Below are positions 1 through 10,545 of a stretch of DNA of 64,000 nt, piece after piece; positions within the stretch are counted from its first letter, which is position 1, and each line of letters starts with the position of its first letter. The notes below the pieces were generated by a model. It was not told the origin of the DNA. It saw only the letters and a list, made by a program, of their open reading frames with translations, and did no database searches. Made by a program: the position numbers and the translations under genes. The stretch lies in contig CAVYZN010000004.1 of NCBI GenBank assembly GCA_963773065.1, forward strand, positions 1-64,000, written 5' to 3'. The DNA is from an uncultured Gammaproteobacteria bacterium (GTDB lineage: Bacteria > Pseudomonadota > Gammaproteobacteria > UBA9214).

Positions 1-3
1 ACA

Positions 4-384
4 GTGACGACGCAGGATTCGTTCGCGCGCGTCAGAAAGGTCGGGCTCGCACTACGCGAAGTCGAGGGCGTCACCAGATACGACGGATCGCCGGTGTTGA
101 AGCTGCGCGGCTGCTTCATGGCCGGCATGGCCAGGCACCGTTCGGCCGAACCCGATACACTCGTAGTCAGATCGACCTACGAGGATCGTGAGTGGCTACT
201 CGAGGACGCGCCGGACACCTACTACGTCACCGACTATTATCGGAAGTATCCAGTCGTGCTGGCGCGTCTGGCGCGGCTCGATCGAGGTGCGCTGCGCGAT
301 CTGCTGTCCGTGTCGTGGCGCCTGACGGCCGCGAAGACCAGGCGCGCGCGGCCGCGAACGGCGACCGCGCGCGACGCTGTCTGA
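4..384 (+). CDS. MmcQ/YjbR-family protein
   Basis: 126-aa ORF with 'ALREVE..RYDGSPVLK' and 'YYVTDYYRKYPVVLARL..LRDLL..SWR', a pattern typical of MmcQ/YjbR proteins. Confidence 0.65.
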   Translation: MTTQDSFARVRKVGLALREVEGVTRYDGSPVLKLRGCFMAGMARHRSAEPDTLVVRSTYEDREWLLEDAPDTYYVTDYYRKYPVVLARLARLDRGALRDLLSVSWRLTAAKTRRARPRTATARDAV

Positions 385-397
385 CAACCGTCATTCA

Positions 398-431
398 AAT
401 CCCGCAATCCGCAATCCGCAATCCGCAATCG
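398..431. repeat. Heptamer tandem repeat (AATCCGC)n between convergent genes
   Basis: aatcccgcaatccgcaatccgcaatccgcaatcg read directly. Confidence 0.85.
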
Positions 432-432
432 A

Positions 433-2466
433 CTATCGATTGTCCCTGTCATCGAAGCCGAACATGTCGAACAGATCGCCGATAGCCGGCATGTTCACGG
501 GACGTAGGGATTGCCGCTGCGGCGTGACCGGATTCGGCAGATTGTCGCGGCTGCGGTGGGTCAGGGGCTCCAGGGTCCAGTTGCGCTCGATGAATTTCAG
601 AATCGATGCGTGGTCGTGTAGCAATGCACGACGTGTCCGCCATTTGAGTATGGCGACACGGCGATCATTGGAATGCCCGGGCCATCACCGAAGAAGTCGA
701 TCGGCTGGAAGAAGCCCGAGTCCCAATACCCGCCGCCCTCATCGAAGGTGATGAAGAAGGCCGTGTCGTCGAAGAGATCGGGGTGCGCCTTCAGCCCGTC
801 CAGCACGCGCGTCATCATCGACTCGAGAAGGTCCAGCTTCGAGCTCGCTGGATGGCCGTCGTCGAAGCTGTCGGGCTTCAGGTACGAGACCGCGGGAAGT
901 TGGCCGTGATCCAGGTCGTCGAAGAAGTCGTCACATCCTTGATGTGCTCCTCCGCTGGGCCGGGTCGCCCATGATGGACGCTGCATACTGAAACGGATTG
1001 CAGATGTCGCAGTACCAGTCGCCGCCGGTTCCGATCAGGACGTCACCGGATCCTTCGAGCCATCATCGAAGCGCCTCGCCGCATCGTAACCGCCGCCGTA
1101 GTAAGCCCAGCGAGATCTGCTTCTCGTTGAGCGCATCGCCGATGGTGCGAAGCGACGACGGCGGCAGGCGGTGCCCTCCTTGATCGCGGCGGTATTGATT
1201 TCCGTTCGACAGGAACCCCGGGCGCGTGTTGTTGATCATGTAGTACGGCCAGCCTCGCAATTGGATTTCGCCAGATCGGGCCGCCAGGGGAGCGAGTGCA
1301 GATAGTCCTTGACGGCCCGAAGCCAGGCTCCCTCAGGATCGTCGCACTTGGTCCACCGCTGGTCGATGACGAATCCGGCGTCCGTGGCGCCCTTCGGGGT
1401 CGGATCCGCGATCACGGTGGCCGGCGGCTGCGCCGGGAAAGCTGCCGGACGCCTCCCAGATGATCGAATCGCCCGTCATCATCATCATGTGCTGCACCGC
1501 CGTTCCGCCCATGACGGACTGATGGTAGTTGTCGCTCATGGTGTACTCGTCCGCCAGACGCTTGAAGACCGGGGCGTCGCCCTGCTGAACATTGTAGAAG
1601 CCCATCGAATTTGCCGGAATCGTCGCCTCTCGCGATGCCGACGAATGGGTACAGGTCGTTCCGGCAGCCCGACGGGTTGTCAGCAGTGGCGATGGCGATG
1701 TCGCAGTCCGACTGCTGCCACATATGGTACAGCCGATGGACCATGTCCCCGGTGTAGCTGTCGTACGGCACGTTCGGTCCCGTAATCGGGAACATCGTAT
1801 TCGGCAGCGAGTTGTAATTGACGATGCGCGTGTCGGGACCCTGGCACGAAGATGGCGGTTCCGTCGGATCCGTCGTGCAGTTGGCGAGGCCGGGGCTCCA
1901 GTGGTGAGCAGATTCAGATCCCGCGTCCACGAGCCCCTGTGACAGCGTGTGCGAGCGCGCAGAGAAAACGTGTTCGCGTCGAACGGCGGCGCGGCGGCGC
2001 CGGGTCTTTCTACGAACTGCGCGAGCGTCACGGCTGCGGCGGGGCCACCAGCCTCGGGCGTCGGCAGGAATGCCGCGTACGGCGTCTTGGCCGGGTTGAT
2101 CAGCTTGTCCGTGCTGATGAAATAGCCGACCGGGTTGATCGTGTCAGCTTGAACTGCTCAGCGAGCGCCCGGTTCGGTCCCGGCGAGCCGTCGGCGTTGA
2201 CGATCCCTTTCGAAAGCAGATTCGAGACGTTCTGCGCCGTGCTTCGGCACGTACGTGCCGTAGATGTTGTCGAACGTGCGGTTCTCTCCGATGAGGACGA
2301 TGACGTGTTTGATGGGGGTTTCGGTGCGATACTCCCGGTGATGGCGCGATTCGTCCTGCCGCTTGTCGTTCTCATTCGCCGCGAACGCGCGCGGTGACAT
2401 CAGCTGTCCACCGAGCATCGCCGCGACCGCATACGTCGCGATCTGTTTTCTCCGTCGTGCGTTCAT
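433..2466 (-). CDS. Secreted phospholipase C / phosphoesterase (AcpA-like), split by several frameshifts
   Basis: Signal peptide, then TPIKHVIVLIGENRTFDNIY, MGFYNVQQGDAP, YTMSDNYHQSVMGGT, LPAVSYLKP..DGHPASS, ITFDEGGGYWD and DHASILKFIERNW across consecutive frames. Confidence 0.85.
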
Positions 2467-2615
2467 GCGTCGCCTCCCTCAATCTGGAGGCTAACGAACG
2501 CGCATCGCCGCGAGATGCACGGCGGGTAAAGACGACATCACGACTTCTGTCGGCGCGAGTTCTCATAACGCCTTTCTTATGATCTCCGCGCAATTCTCGC
2601 GGTCGTGCTCCGCAG

Positions 2616-3780
2616 CTAACGGCCAGCCAGTACGATCGCTTCACGAAGTCCCTGGTCGAGGCGCCCGAGTGCCGCACCGATGCGCTCGACTTCCCCGCCG
2701 GCGCGCGCGGCGTCGCGCGCACGAACGGCTTCCGCAAGCCGCGGGAACGGCTGCCCGTCGTACAGCGAATAGATATCCCAGCCGTAAATCACGTGCCGGT
2801 ACCGACTGTCGATCAGATGGCTCGCTCTCGTCGAGCAACCGCTGCTCGAGCCGGGCCAGCACATCGTTCAGATCCGGCGTCGCCGGCGACGGCAAGCGGC
2901 CAGACGCCAGCCCTTCGTCGATCTGACGTTCGAGCGCAGACGCCGCCGCCGCGATGCGGCTGACGGCCGATTCGAGAGGCCTCAGATCCAACGCAACCGT
3001 CCGGCGTCCGTCGTCGTCGAACGTCCACGTCGAAACGCTGTCGACGAACTCAGCCAGGCGCTGCGCGTAATGTGAGAATCGGATCGGCAGCACCTCCGAC
3101 TCGCCGAGGCGGAGCGCGACGCTGCCGAGCACGCGCACCAGCTGCGCGCCGCGACGGAATCCCGGGTCGGCGACGTGCTCGGCGAACCATCGGGTGTCGT
3201 AGTTGGAATGATAGGCCCCGTAGGTGTATCCGCCTGTCGCGTTGAATTCGATCGACAGCGTCGGCAACCCGAGGTGATCCTGAAACGCGACGAAATCGGC
3301 GCCGCTTCCGAGCGATTTCAATTCGACCTCGAAGCCGTTCGGACCGCGCCGCCGCCGCTCCGCGGTCTGTCGCGCCCACTCGTCAGCGCGCCACGCGTCG
3401 TAGACACTCGACGGCGCCGTCGGGAACGTCTCTGGTCACATCGACGAGCAGATCCCGGAGCGATGGAACGCCGCCGGCGTCGAGCCGGCCGTTCGTGTAC
3501 AGATCGGTGTTGATGTAGCACATGGTGCCGGCGCGCAGCTGCTCGCCGCCATTGCTCCGCGTATTCGGTCGATCCAATCAGGCCGAACTCTTCCGCGTCC
3601 CAGAATGCGAGTGAGATCGTTCGCTGCGGCTGCCAGCCGCTCCGGCGGAGGGCGCCGAGACTTCGCGCGCGAGCTCGAGGAGCGCCGCCGTGCCCGGTGC
3701 CGGGATCGACGCCGCCGAACGTCCAGGCATCGTGATGGGTGCCGAGCAGGACACCGCGATCCGCCCGACGCGCGCCCGGC
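2616..3780 (-). CDS. M28 peptidase (glutamate carboxypeptidase II-like) C-terminal half; frameshifted and 5'-truncated at a junction
   Basis: GTHHDAWTFGGVDPGTG, FWDAEEFGLIGSTEY, LGSGADFVAF, YHSNYDT and YRHVIYG motifs. Confidence 0.8.
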
Positions 3781-4017
3781 CACCCGGAACCCATCGCGCA
3801 GTACATGGGAAGCTCCGCCATTCGACGGCTATGGCTGGATTTCCGCGCCATCGATGGCTGGCGGGGCAAGCTCGGCTTTCTGACTGAAAAACTTTTTCCG
3901 CCCGCGAACTACATGCTTCAACAGTACCCTGATGCCGGTTCGGCCTGGTTGCCCTGGCTCTATCTGCGCCGCGCGACGGGTTGGGTGCTCGGGCATCTGA
4001 AGGATAGACGCGAGTGA
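3781..4017 (+). CDS. 3' fragment of a probable nucleotidyltransferase-family protein of the lasso cluster
   Basis: C-terminus 'KLGFLTEKLFPPANYMLQQYP..WLPWLYLRR'; its stop overlaps the ABC start (GTGA); family assignment rests on motif memory and context. Confidence 0.5.
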   Translation, partial: HPEPIAQYMGSSAIRRLWLDFRAIDGWRGKLGFLTEKLFPPANYMLQQYPDAGSAWLPWLYLRRATGWVLGHLKDRRE

Positions 4018-5690
4018 ACCCGACAAACCTGCGGGTCCTGCTCGGCTATGCGCTTCCCTATCGCAATGGGCTCATGCTTTGCTCGCTGCTGATGGTGGCC
4101 GAAAGCGGCGCCGCTCTGGCTGTACCCTGGCTGGGCGGCCATTTGGCGCAAGGTATGCTGTCCCGTCAGGTGATCGACACCGGCAGCGTTCTGCTGGCCC
4201 TGCTGGCTCTCTTTGCCGTCCAGGCCCTGCTCAAGTTCGGCAATAGCTACCTGCTGAACCGCAGCGCCCAGCACATCCTGGCCGACCTGCGCATCCGCCT
4301 CTACGATCATCTGCAGGCGTTGCCCCTGGGCTTCTACCACCAACGCCGCCTGGGCGATGTGCTCGCCTTGCTCACCTATGACGTCGAACGATTGAGCGGC
4401 TTCCTCACCGGCACCCTGCTCAGCGTGATCCCCCTGCTCATCACGGTGGCCGGGGCACTGCTGTTCATGTTCCGCATCGACCCGCTGCTGTCGTTGATCG
4501 CCGCCGTGCTGGTGCCCCTGTTCTACCTGCTGATGAAAGTGATCGGCCGCCGCCTGCGCCCCCTCGCCAGCCAGTTGCAGGAGGCCTATGCCGGAGCGGT
4601 ATCCATCGCCGAGGAAAACCTGGGTATGCTGCCGGCCATCAAGAGCTTTACCCGCGAGTCGCAGGAATCGGCGCGCTACCGCCTCCAGGTCCAGGAAATC
4701 CTCAGCCTGAGCAAACGGCAGGGGGCGATTTACGCCGCCCTGGGACCCAGCGTGCAGTTCCTGGCCGCCGCCGGCATCGTGCTGGTGCTGTGGCTGGCGG
4801 GCGATCGTATCAGCGGCGGCAGCATGGGCCCCGGCGAGTTGGTGACGTTCCTGCTCTACACCGGACTGCTGACCCGGCCGGTCAGCGCCCTGGCCGATGT
4901 CTACGGCCAGACCCAGGGTGCGCGGGGCGCGCTGGAGCGGCTGATGCGAGTGCTCTCCGAACGTCCCGAGCCCTTGTCACAGATCGGTCATGAGCTGCGC
5001 GATGTGCGCGGCGAGATCGAATATCGTGACATTTGTTTCGCCTACCCGGGACGACCGCCGGCCCTGGATGGCGTCAATCTGCACATTCGCGCCGGCGAGA
5101 CCGTGGCGATCACCGGCCCCAACGGCGCCGGCAAGAGCACCCTGGCCCATCTGCTGATGCGCATCCATGAACCCGGCAGCGGCCGGATTTTTATCGACGG
5201 CACGGACATCTCCACGGTCAGCCTGCACAGCCTGCGCCGGCAGATCGGCGTGGTGCCCCAGCATGTGCTGCTGTTCAACGGCACGTTGCGCGACAACATC
5301 GCCTACGGCCGCCTGGATGCCACCCAGGAAGCCATCGAGGCAGCGGCCAGGGCGGCCCGTGCCCATGACTTCATCGTGAATCAGCCGCAGGGTTACGACA
5401 CCCTCATCGGTGACCGTGGGGTGCGCCTGTCCGGCGGGCAGCAGCAGCGCCTGGCCCTGGCCCGCGCCCTGCTCAAGGACCCGCCCATCCTCATCCTCGA
5501 CGAGGCCACCGCCATGTTCGATCCGGAGGGGGAGCGGGAATTCCTGCAGGAATGCCGGGAGGTATTGGAGCAGCGGACGGTGCTGCTGATCACCCATCGG
5601 CCGGCGAGCCTGGCTCTGGCGGATAGGGTAGTGCAACTCGTGGATGGAAAGATAATCAGCTGCACCGCAAGCCATGGCGCTATGAGCTGA
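4014..5690 (+). CDS. ABC exporter (TMD+NBD), probable lasso peptide transporter
   Basis: Several TM segments, Walker A GPNGAGKST, LSGGQQQR, Walker B ILILDEAT. Confidence 0.92.
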   Translation: MNPTNLRVLLGYALPYRNGLMLCSLLMVAESGAALAVPWLGGHLAQGMLSRQVIDTGSVLLALLALFAVQALLKFGNSYLLNRSAQHILADLRIRLYDHLQALPLGFYHQRRLGDVLALLTYDVERLSGFLTGTLLSVIPLLITVAGALLFMFRIDPLLSLIAAVLVPLFYLLMKVIGRRLRPLASQLQEAYAGAVSIAEENLGMLPAIKSFTRESQESARYRLQVQEILSLSKRQGAIYAALGPSVQFLAAAGIVLVLWLAGDRISGGSMGPGELVTFLLYTGLLTRPVSALADVYGQTQGARGALERLMRVLSERPEPLSQIGHELRDVRGEIEYRDICFAYPGRPPALDGVNLHIRAGETVAITGPNGAGKSTLAHLLMRIHEPGSGRIFIDGTDISTVSLHSLRRQIGVVPQHVLLFNGTLRDNIAYGRLDATQEAIEAAARAARAHDFIVNQPQGYDTLIGDRGVRLSGGQQQRLALARALLKDPPILILDEATAMFDPEGEREFLQECREVLEQRTVLLITHRPASLALADRVVQLVDGKIISCTASHGAMS

Positions 5691-5697
5691 GTCGTAC

Positions 5698-6151
5698 ATG
5701 AACGGCAAACTGTCAAAGTTCCTGGCCCTAACGGCAGCCGAAAAATGGCTGTTTCTCTCGGCGGCCATGCTGTTGCCGCTGTTCTGGCTCGGGTTGCGCG
5801 TTTTCGGGTTGGCGCGCTTGCAGGCCTGGCTCGAGCGTTCTCCGCTTGCCGCAAGGAAGTCGCCCTCCGTCGCTGAGTTGTCTGACATCGGCGCCCTGGT
5901 CAACAGCGCCGCCCATTACGCCCCCGGCCCGGTGACCTGCCTCACCCGTTCCCTGCTGCTGCGCTGGCTGTTGCGCCGCCGCGGCATTGCCAGCGACTTG
6001 CGCATCGGCGTGCAGCTCGTGCAGGGCAGGCTCGACGCCCACGCCTGGGTGGAATATGAAGGCATGCCCATCAACGACGCGCCGGATGTGGCCCAGCGCT
6101 TTGCGGCGTTCAACGAGCCCCTTTCATCCCGAGGCCTTTTCCTCGCCATGA
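5698..6151 (+). CDS. Lasso peptide leader peptidase B2 (transglutaminase-like)
   Basis: TCLTRSL (catalytic Cys), LRIGV and AHAWVE (His); in this sequence it reads in frame into the cyclase. Confidence 0.9.
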
Positions 6152-8021
6152 GCGGCATTGCCGGCATCATCCGCTTTGACGGCGCGCCGGTCGAGCCGGG
6201 GCTGGTGGAAAAAATGACCGCCGCCATGCCGTATCGCGGCCCCGATGGCATCAACCATTGGGTCAAGGGCTCGGTGGCATTAGGGCAGTGCATGCTACGC
6301 ACCACGCCGGAGTCACTCGAAGAAACCCAGCCGCTCACCAACGAGGACGAAAGCCTGGTGCTCGTCATGGACGGGCGGGTGGATAACTGGGAAGAACTGC
6401 GGCGCGAATTACTTGGGCGTGGCGCCGTGCTGCGCACCCGCTCGGATGCCGAACTGGTTCTGAGAGCCTATGAAACCTGGGGTCGGGAATGTTTGCCCCA
6501 TATCGATGGCGACTTTGCGCTGGTCATCTGGGATGCGCGGCGACGAGAAGCTTTTTGTGCCCGTGACCGGGTCGGCAACAAACCCTTCAATTACTCTTGG
6601 GACGGAAAGACCTTCGTCTTTGCCTCGGAACTGCACGCGATCCTGGCGTTGCCCGGTGTCAAGGAGGTGTTCAACGAGGGGTTGCTGGCAGAGTATCTGG
6701 CCAACGAGTGGTATAGCCGCGATGAAACATTCTGGAACGGGGTGATGCGACTGGTGGCTGCGCATCGGATGGTAGTCGATGCCGGTGGCGTCCGGATGGA
6801 AAGGTATTGGCAACCGGATCTATGGGCCACGCTGCCCTGCAAAAATGATGAAGAATATATCGAGCATTACCGTGAATTGCTTGCCGACGTCGTGCGGCGC
6901 ATGTCGCGCTCACACCAAGCTGTGGCCTATGAAGTCAGCGGAGGGCTTGACTCCTCCGCGCTCTTTGCCATGGCAGAACATCTGCGCCGCCAGCAAAAAC
7001 TTCCCGCACCGGCGATTGAAGCTTATGCGCTGGATTTCCATGATGACCCGAATGCTAACGAACTGGATTATAGCCGTGCCATGGGTCGGCATCTGGGGGT
7101 TCCCATTCGCGAGATCTCGCCCACGGTAATGTCTGTCTCGTGGTACCGGAATTGGGCTGAACGCTACCGTGAGTTTCCGGGTTACCCCAACGGTATTATG
7201 GCCATCGGCCTCAGGGAGGCTGCCCGTCAAGAAGGTTGTCGGGCCATCGTGTCAGGGGTAGGCGGGGACGAATGGCTTGGGATGCCATGGACCGGGGCTT
7301 ACTATGCCGAAGAGTTGGCCTCCCGGCAGTGGAGAATGTGTATGCCTGCTTGAAAGCCGATAGCCGGGAACTCGGTGTCCGGGAAACCCTCTGGTGGCTA
7401 TGCCGTTATGGTGTGGCGCCGCTATTGCCTGAGCGGATTAAAGCATGCGCTGCGCAAAATTCGCGGGGTGGAAAAGAGAGACTCCTGGCTTTCCGCCAAT
7501 TTGCAGGAGACGATCGAAAAACGGCGCAGTCAGTTGCGTAAGCCTGTGCCCGCGCGGCTTCAGCGACGCAGGGCAAGGAATACAAATTCAGATCCTGGAG
7601 GGGGCGTTTGATGCCTTGGCCCGCGAACTTGAAGAGCGACTCAGTTCCAGTCTGCAGCTTGAACTGCGCAAACCTTTTTTTAATGAAAAAATCATCCAGT
7701 TTGCTTTTTCGACGCCCGAGCGGCTGCGTTCCCGGGGGCATACGACCAAGTGGCTGCACCGGCAGGCCCTGAAAGGACTGCTGCCGGCGCTGGTTCTGAA
7801 TCGTGCAAGCAAGGCGGAATTTTATGGTCACTTTCCGCAGACACCTGGACAGCATGAGAGCTGAAGTGGTGAGCGATATCGTGCCACGGCGGGCAGCGTG
7901 GATTCAGCCTGAGCGTGCAATTATAATATGTCAAAATTATCATGAGGTTGCGTTTACCGGTTGGGCGGAGTGGCGGTTGTGGTCGCTGGTTGGATGCGAT
8001 GCTTTGTTAAATGACCGATAA
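6148..8021 (+). CDS. Lasso cyclase C (asparagine synthetase-like), frameshifted in the 3' third
   Basis: Starts MSGIAG (Ser in place of the glutaminase Cys); DGRVDN, SDAELVL, ARDRVG, SGGLDSS, SGVGGDE; continues in ORFs 7375, 7445 and 7803 (ELRKPFF, KWLHRQALKGLLP). Confidence 0.88.
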
Positions 8022-8085
8022 GATGCTATAAGCTATGGCCGAACGTGTTATTTCATGAACGTTATTACAGAGGGGAGAATTACCG

Positions 8086-8261
8086 ATGCAAACGAAAACT
8101 TCACTCAATGAACATGCCAAGGGAGAGAAAGTCGGACTTCTCAAGAAGCATTACCAGAAGCCCGTCTTGAAGACTTATGGCCCTGTGAAACATTTGACCC
8201 AAGGTCTACCGGCTCAGCGAATGGGGACGGTGGTCAAAACATGATGGCCGCCATGGGATGA
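8086..8261 (+). CDS. Lasso precursor peptide A (missing from the ORF track; probable 1-nt deletion near 8206)
   Basis: RBS AGGGGAG, then MQTKTSLNEHAKGEKVGLLKKH-YQKPVL-KTYGPVKHL-TQ|G (YxxPxL, Thr at -2). As read it stops at 8244; restoring one base gives core G-x-TGSANG-D9-GGQNMMAAMG ending at 8261. Confidence 0.85.
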
Positions 8262-8278
8262 TTACCTGACGGCTGTCT

Positions 8279-9397
8279 GTGATTCATGAACATTTGGGGT
8301 ATGTGTCAGATGGCGTAAGACTCAAACAATTCAAGGCCGCCCTGGCAAAGGTCATCAAGTCCGGTGATCGTGTTGCAGATCTGGGCTGTGGTTCAGGGGT
8401 GCTTGGTCTGCTCTGTTTGCAAGCTGGCGCCTCTCATGTGGTTGAGATTGACGACAGCGCCATGATTGAAATCGCACGGGAATCCCTGGTGCGGGCTGGT
8501 CAGGGTGACAACGCCACCTTCATCCGTGGCAAATCCAGCCAGATTGAATTACCCGAACGGGTGGACGTGGTGATCTGTGACCATGTCGGCTACTTCGGAT
8601 TCGATTACGGGATCATCGAATTTCTTCAAGACGCAAGGAGGCGTTTTCTCAAACCGGGCGGGACGCTCATTCCCTCGAAAATACGGCTGAACATCGCCGC
8701 CGTCGGTTCCCAACAATGCAGTGAGCTCGCCCTTGGCTGGCGAGACGAAAAAATTCCCCCTGAGTTCAACTGGCTGAGCAGTTATTCGATCAATGCCAAG
8801 CATGCCGTCAACCTCGCGCGGGATGATGTGCTATGTCCGCCTGCGGTGCTGGGCGAGATCGATCTCTATGCAGACAACCCGGAGTTTTTTACCTGGGGCG
8901 CGGAATTGCGTATCGAACGGGATACGGTCATGCACGGCCTTGCCGGCTGGTTCGAGTGCGAACTGGCGGAAAATGTCTGGATGACGAACTCACCGCTGGC
9001 GGAAACACCGATCCAGCGGCCTCAGGCCTTCTTTCCTATTGGAGATGCCGTGCAGGTAAAGGGTGGAGATGTTGTCAAAGCCACCCTCATGGCGCGTCCG
9101 GCTGAACATGTAATTGCCTGGACCGTGGAGTTTCCAGCTACGGGACAGCGTTTCAGCCATTCAACCTGGCAGGGGATGTTGCTGTCACCGGAGGATTTGC
9201 TGCGCTCCAACCCGAATCATGTTCCGCAATTGAGCCGTGCAGGACAGGCCCGCATGACGGTGCTGGGTTATTGCAACGGAACAAGAACCGCTCGGGACAT
9301 CGAGCAGGCCGTCCTGAGTGACCACCCGGATTTGTTCCCCTCGCCAACGGAAATCTCGCACTTCGTGTTTCATGTGCTTGGCAGGGATACGGCGTAG
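8279..9397 (+). CDS. SAM-dependent methyltransferase with PRMT (protein arginine methyltransferase)-like fold
   Basis: VADLGCGSGVLG, VDVVICDHVGYFGF, ARRRFLKPGGTLIP, MHGLAGWFECEL, WMTNSP..QAFFPI. Confidence 0.85.
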   Translation: MIHEHLGYVSDGVRLKQFKAALAKVIKSGDRVADLGCGSGVLGLLCLQAGASHVVEIDDSAMIEIARESLVRAGQGDNATFIRGKSSQIELPERVDVVICDHVGYFGFDYGIIEFLQDARRRFLKPGGTLIPSKIRLNIAAVGSQQCSELALGWRDEKIPPEFNWLSSYSINAKHAVNLARDDVLCPPAVLGEIDLYADNPEFFTWGAELRIERDTVMHGLAGWFECELAENVWMTNSPLAETPIQRPQAFFPIGDAVQVKGGDVVKATLMARPAEHVIAWTVEFPATGQRFSHSTWQGMLLSPEDLLRSNPNHVPQLSRAGQARMTVLGYCNGTRTARDIEQAVLSDHPDLFPSPTEISHFVFHVLGRDTA

Positions 9398-9553
9398 TGT
9401 CCGGAGGGTGTGAACCTCGCGGCTGCACGTGCCTTTGAACGACCTGCTGTTCCACGAAGGGACCTTACCGGTCGGTACGTTATCGACGCAGTTTTTCCGC
9501 AAGCTCGTGATGAGTCGCCGCCTGGGTGGTGACCGCCGGCGGCAGCCCGGACC

Positions 9554-10340
9554 ATGACAATGGACCTGTATCTGTCAAAACTGATTCCGCTGTTCATTTA
9601 CCCGCTTGGGTTCGCCCTGGTGGTATCGATGCTTGCCATGGGTATTCTGGGGCTGTCGGCCCGGTTGGCGCGGGTTTTCCTGTTCGTGGCGGTCACTGTG
9701 TTGTGGGTGGCGTCGACGCCGATCTTCGCGGATTACCTGGGCTTGACGCTGGAGCGGCGCTATCCGCCGGTGGCGGTCGAGGACGACGCCAACAGCCGAT
9801 GCGATCGTGGTATTGGGCGGTGCCGTGGAAGGGCCGGCACCGCCACGGATTACACTGGACCTGACAGATGCGGCGGATCGGGTGCTGCATGCCGCGCGCC
9901 TCTATCGCGCCGGCAAGGCGCCGGTTGTTCTGGTTTCCGGCGGGGTTATCCCCTGGCTGGGTTCGGACATTCCGGAGGCCGAGTCTATGCAGTTACTGCT
10001 GGAGGAGTGGGGTGTTCCTAGTGCATCGATTTTAAGGGAATCCGCCAGCCGCAACACCTACGAGAATGCCGTGTTGAGCCGGCAGGTGTTGGCGGAACGC
10101 GGGTTACATCGGGTCTTGCTGGTGACCTCGGCGCTGCACATGCCGCGGGCACTGGCGACGTTCATATCAGCGGGAATCGACGCCGTGCCGGCCACAACTG
10201 ATTTCACCGTGACCTATCGGGAGCACCGCACAGCGATTGATTTTCTGCCCGATGCCAAGGCGTTGTGGCACGCGACGGAAGCGATCAAAGAATATGTCGG
10301 TTATGCGTATTATCGGTGGCAGGGGTGGATAGCGGGGTAG
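9554..10340 (+). CDS. YdcF/ElyC (DUF218) family protein, one frameshift near 9790
   Basis: YLSKLIPLFIYPLG, IVVLGG, VLVSGG, SRNTYENA, LLVTSALHMPRA, KEYVG. Confidence 0.88.
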
Positions 10341-10398
10341 TCGGATGGTGCCTGCTGTCGCGGCGCTGCCTGTGGTGAGGATGCGTTATCCAGACTTT

Positions 10399-10496
10399 TT
10401 TAGACGCGGTGGGCTGGCCAGAGGTGATCTTTGTCGATGGTGAGTTGCTGGGTTTTACCGAGGATATCCAGCAGGATGATCGAGCGTGCTTCGCCA
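10399..10496 (-). pseudogene. Duplicated 3' end of rfaH
   Basis: Near-identical to 13308-13405, including the stop codon and downstream 'gactttttta'. Confidence 0.85.
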
Positions 10497-10545
10497 CCAA
10501 AAAGCTGCGGTTGCACAGACGTGGATTGACGCGCCGTGCCGCGGC

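Noticed and set aside
433-3780. Programmed frameshifting or mass pseudogenisation
   Set aside because: Scattered single-base indels in otherwise conserved genes across the window fit sequencing error better
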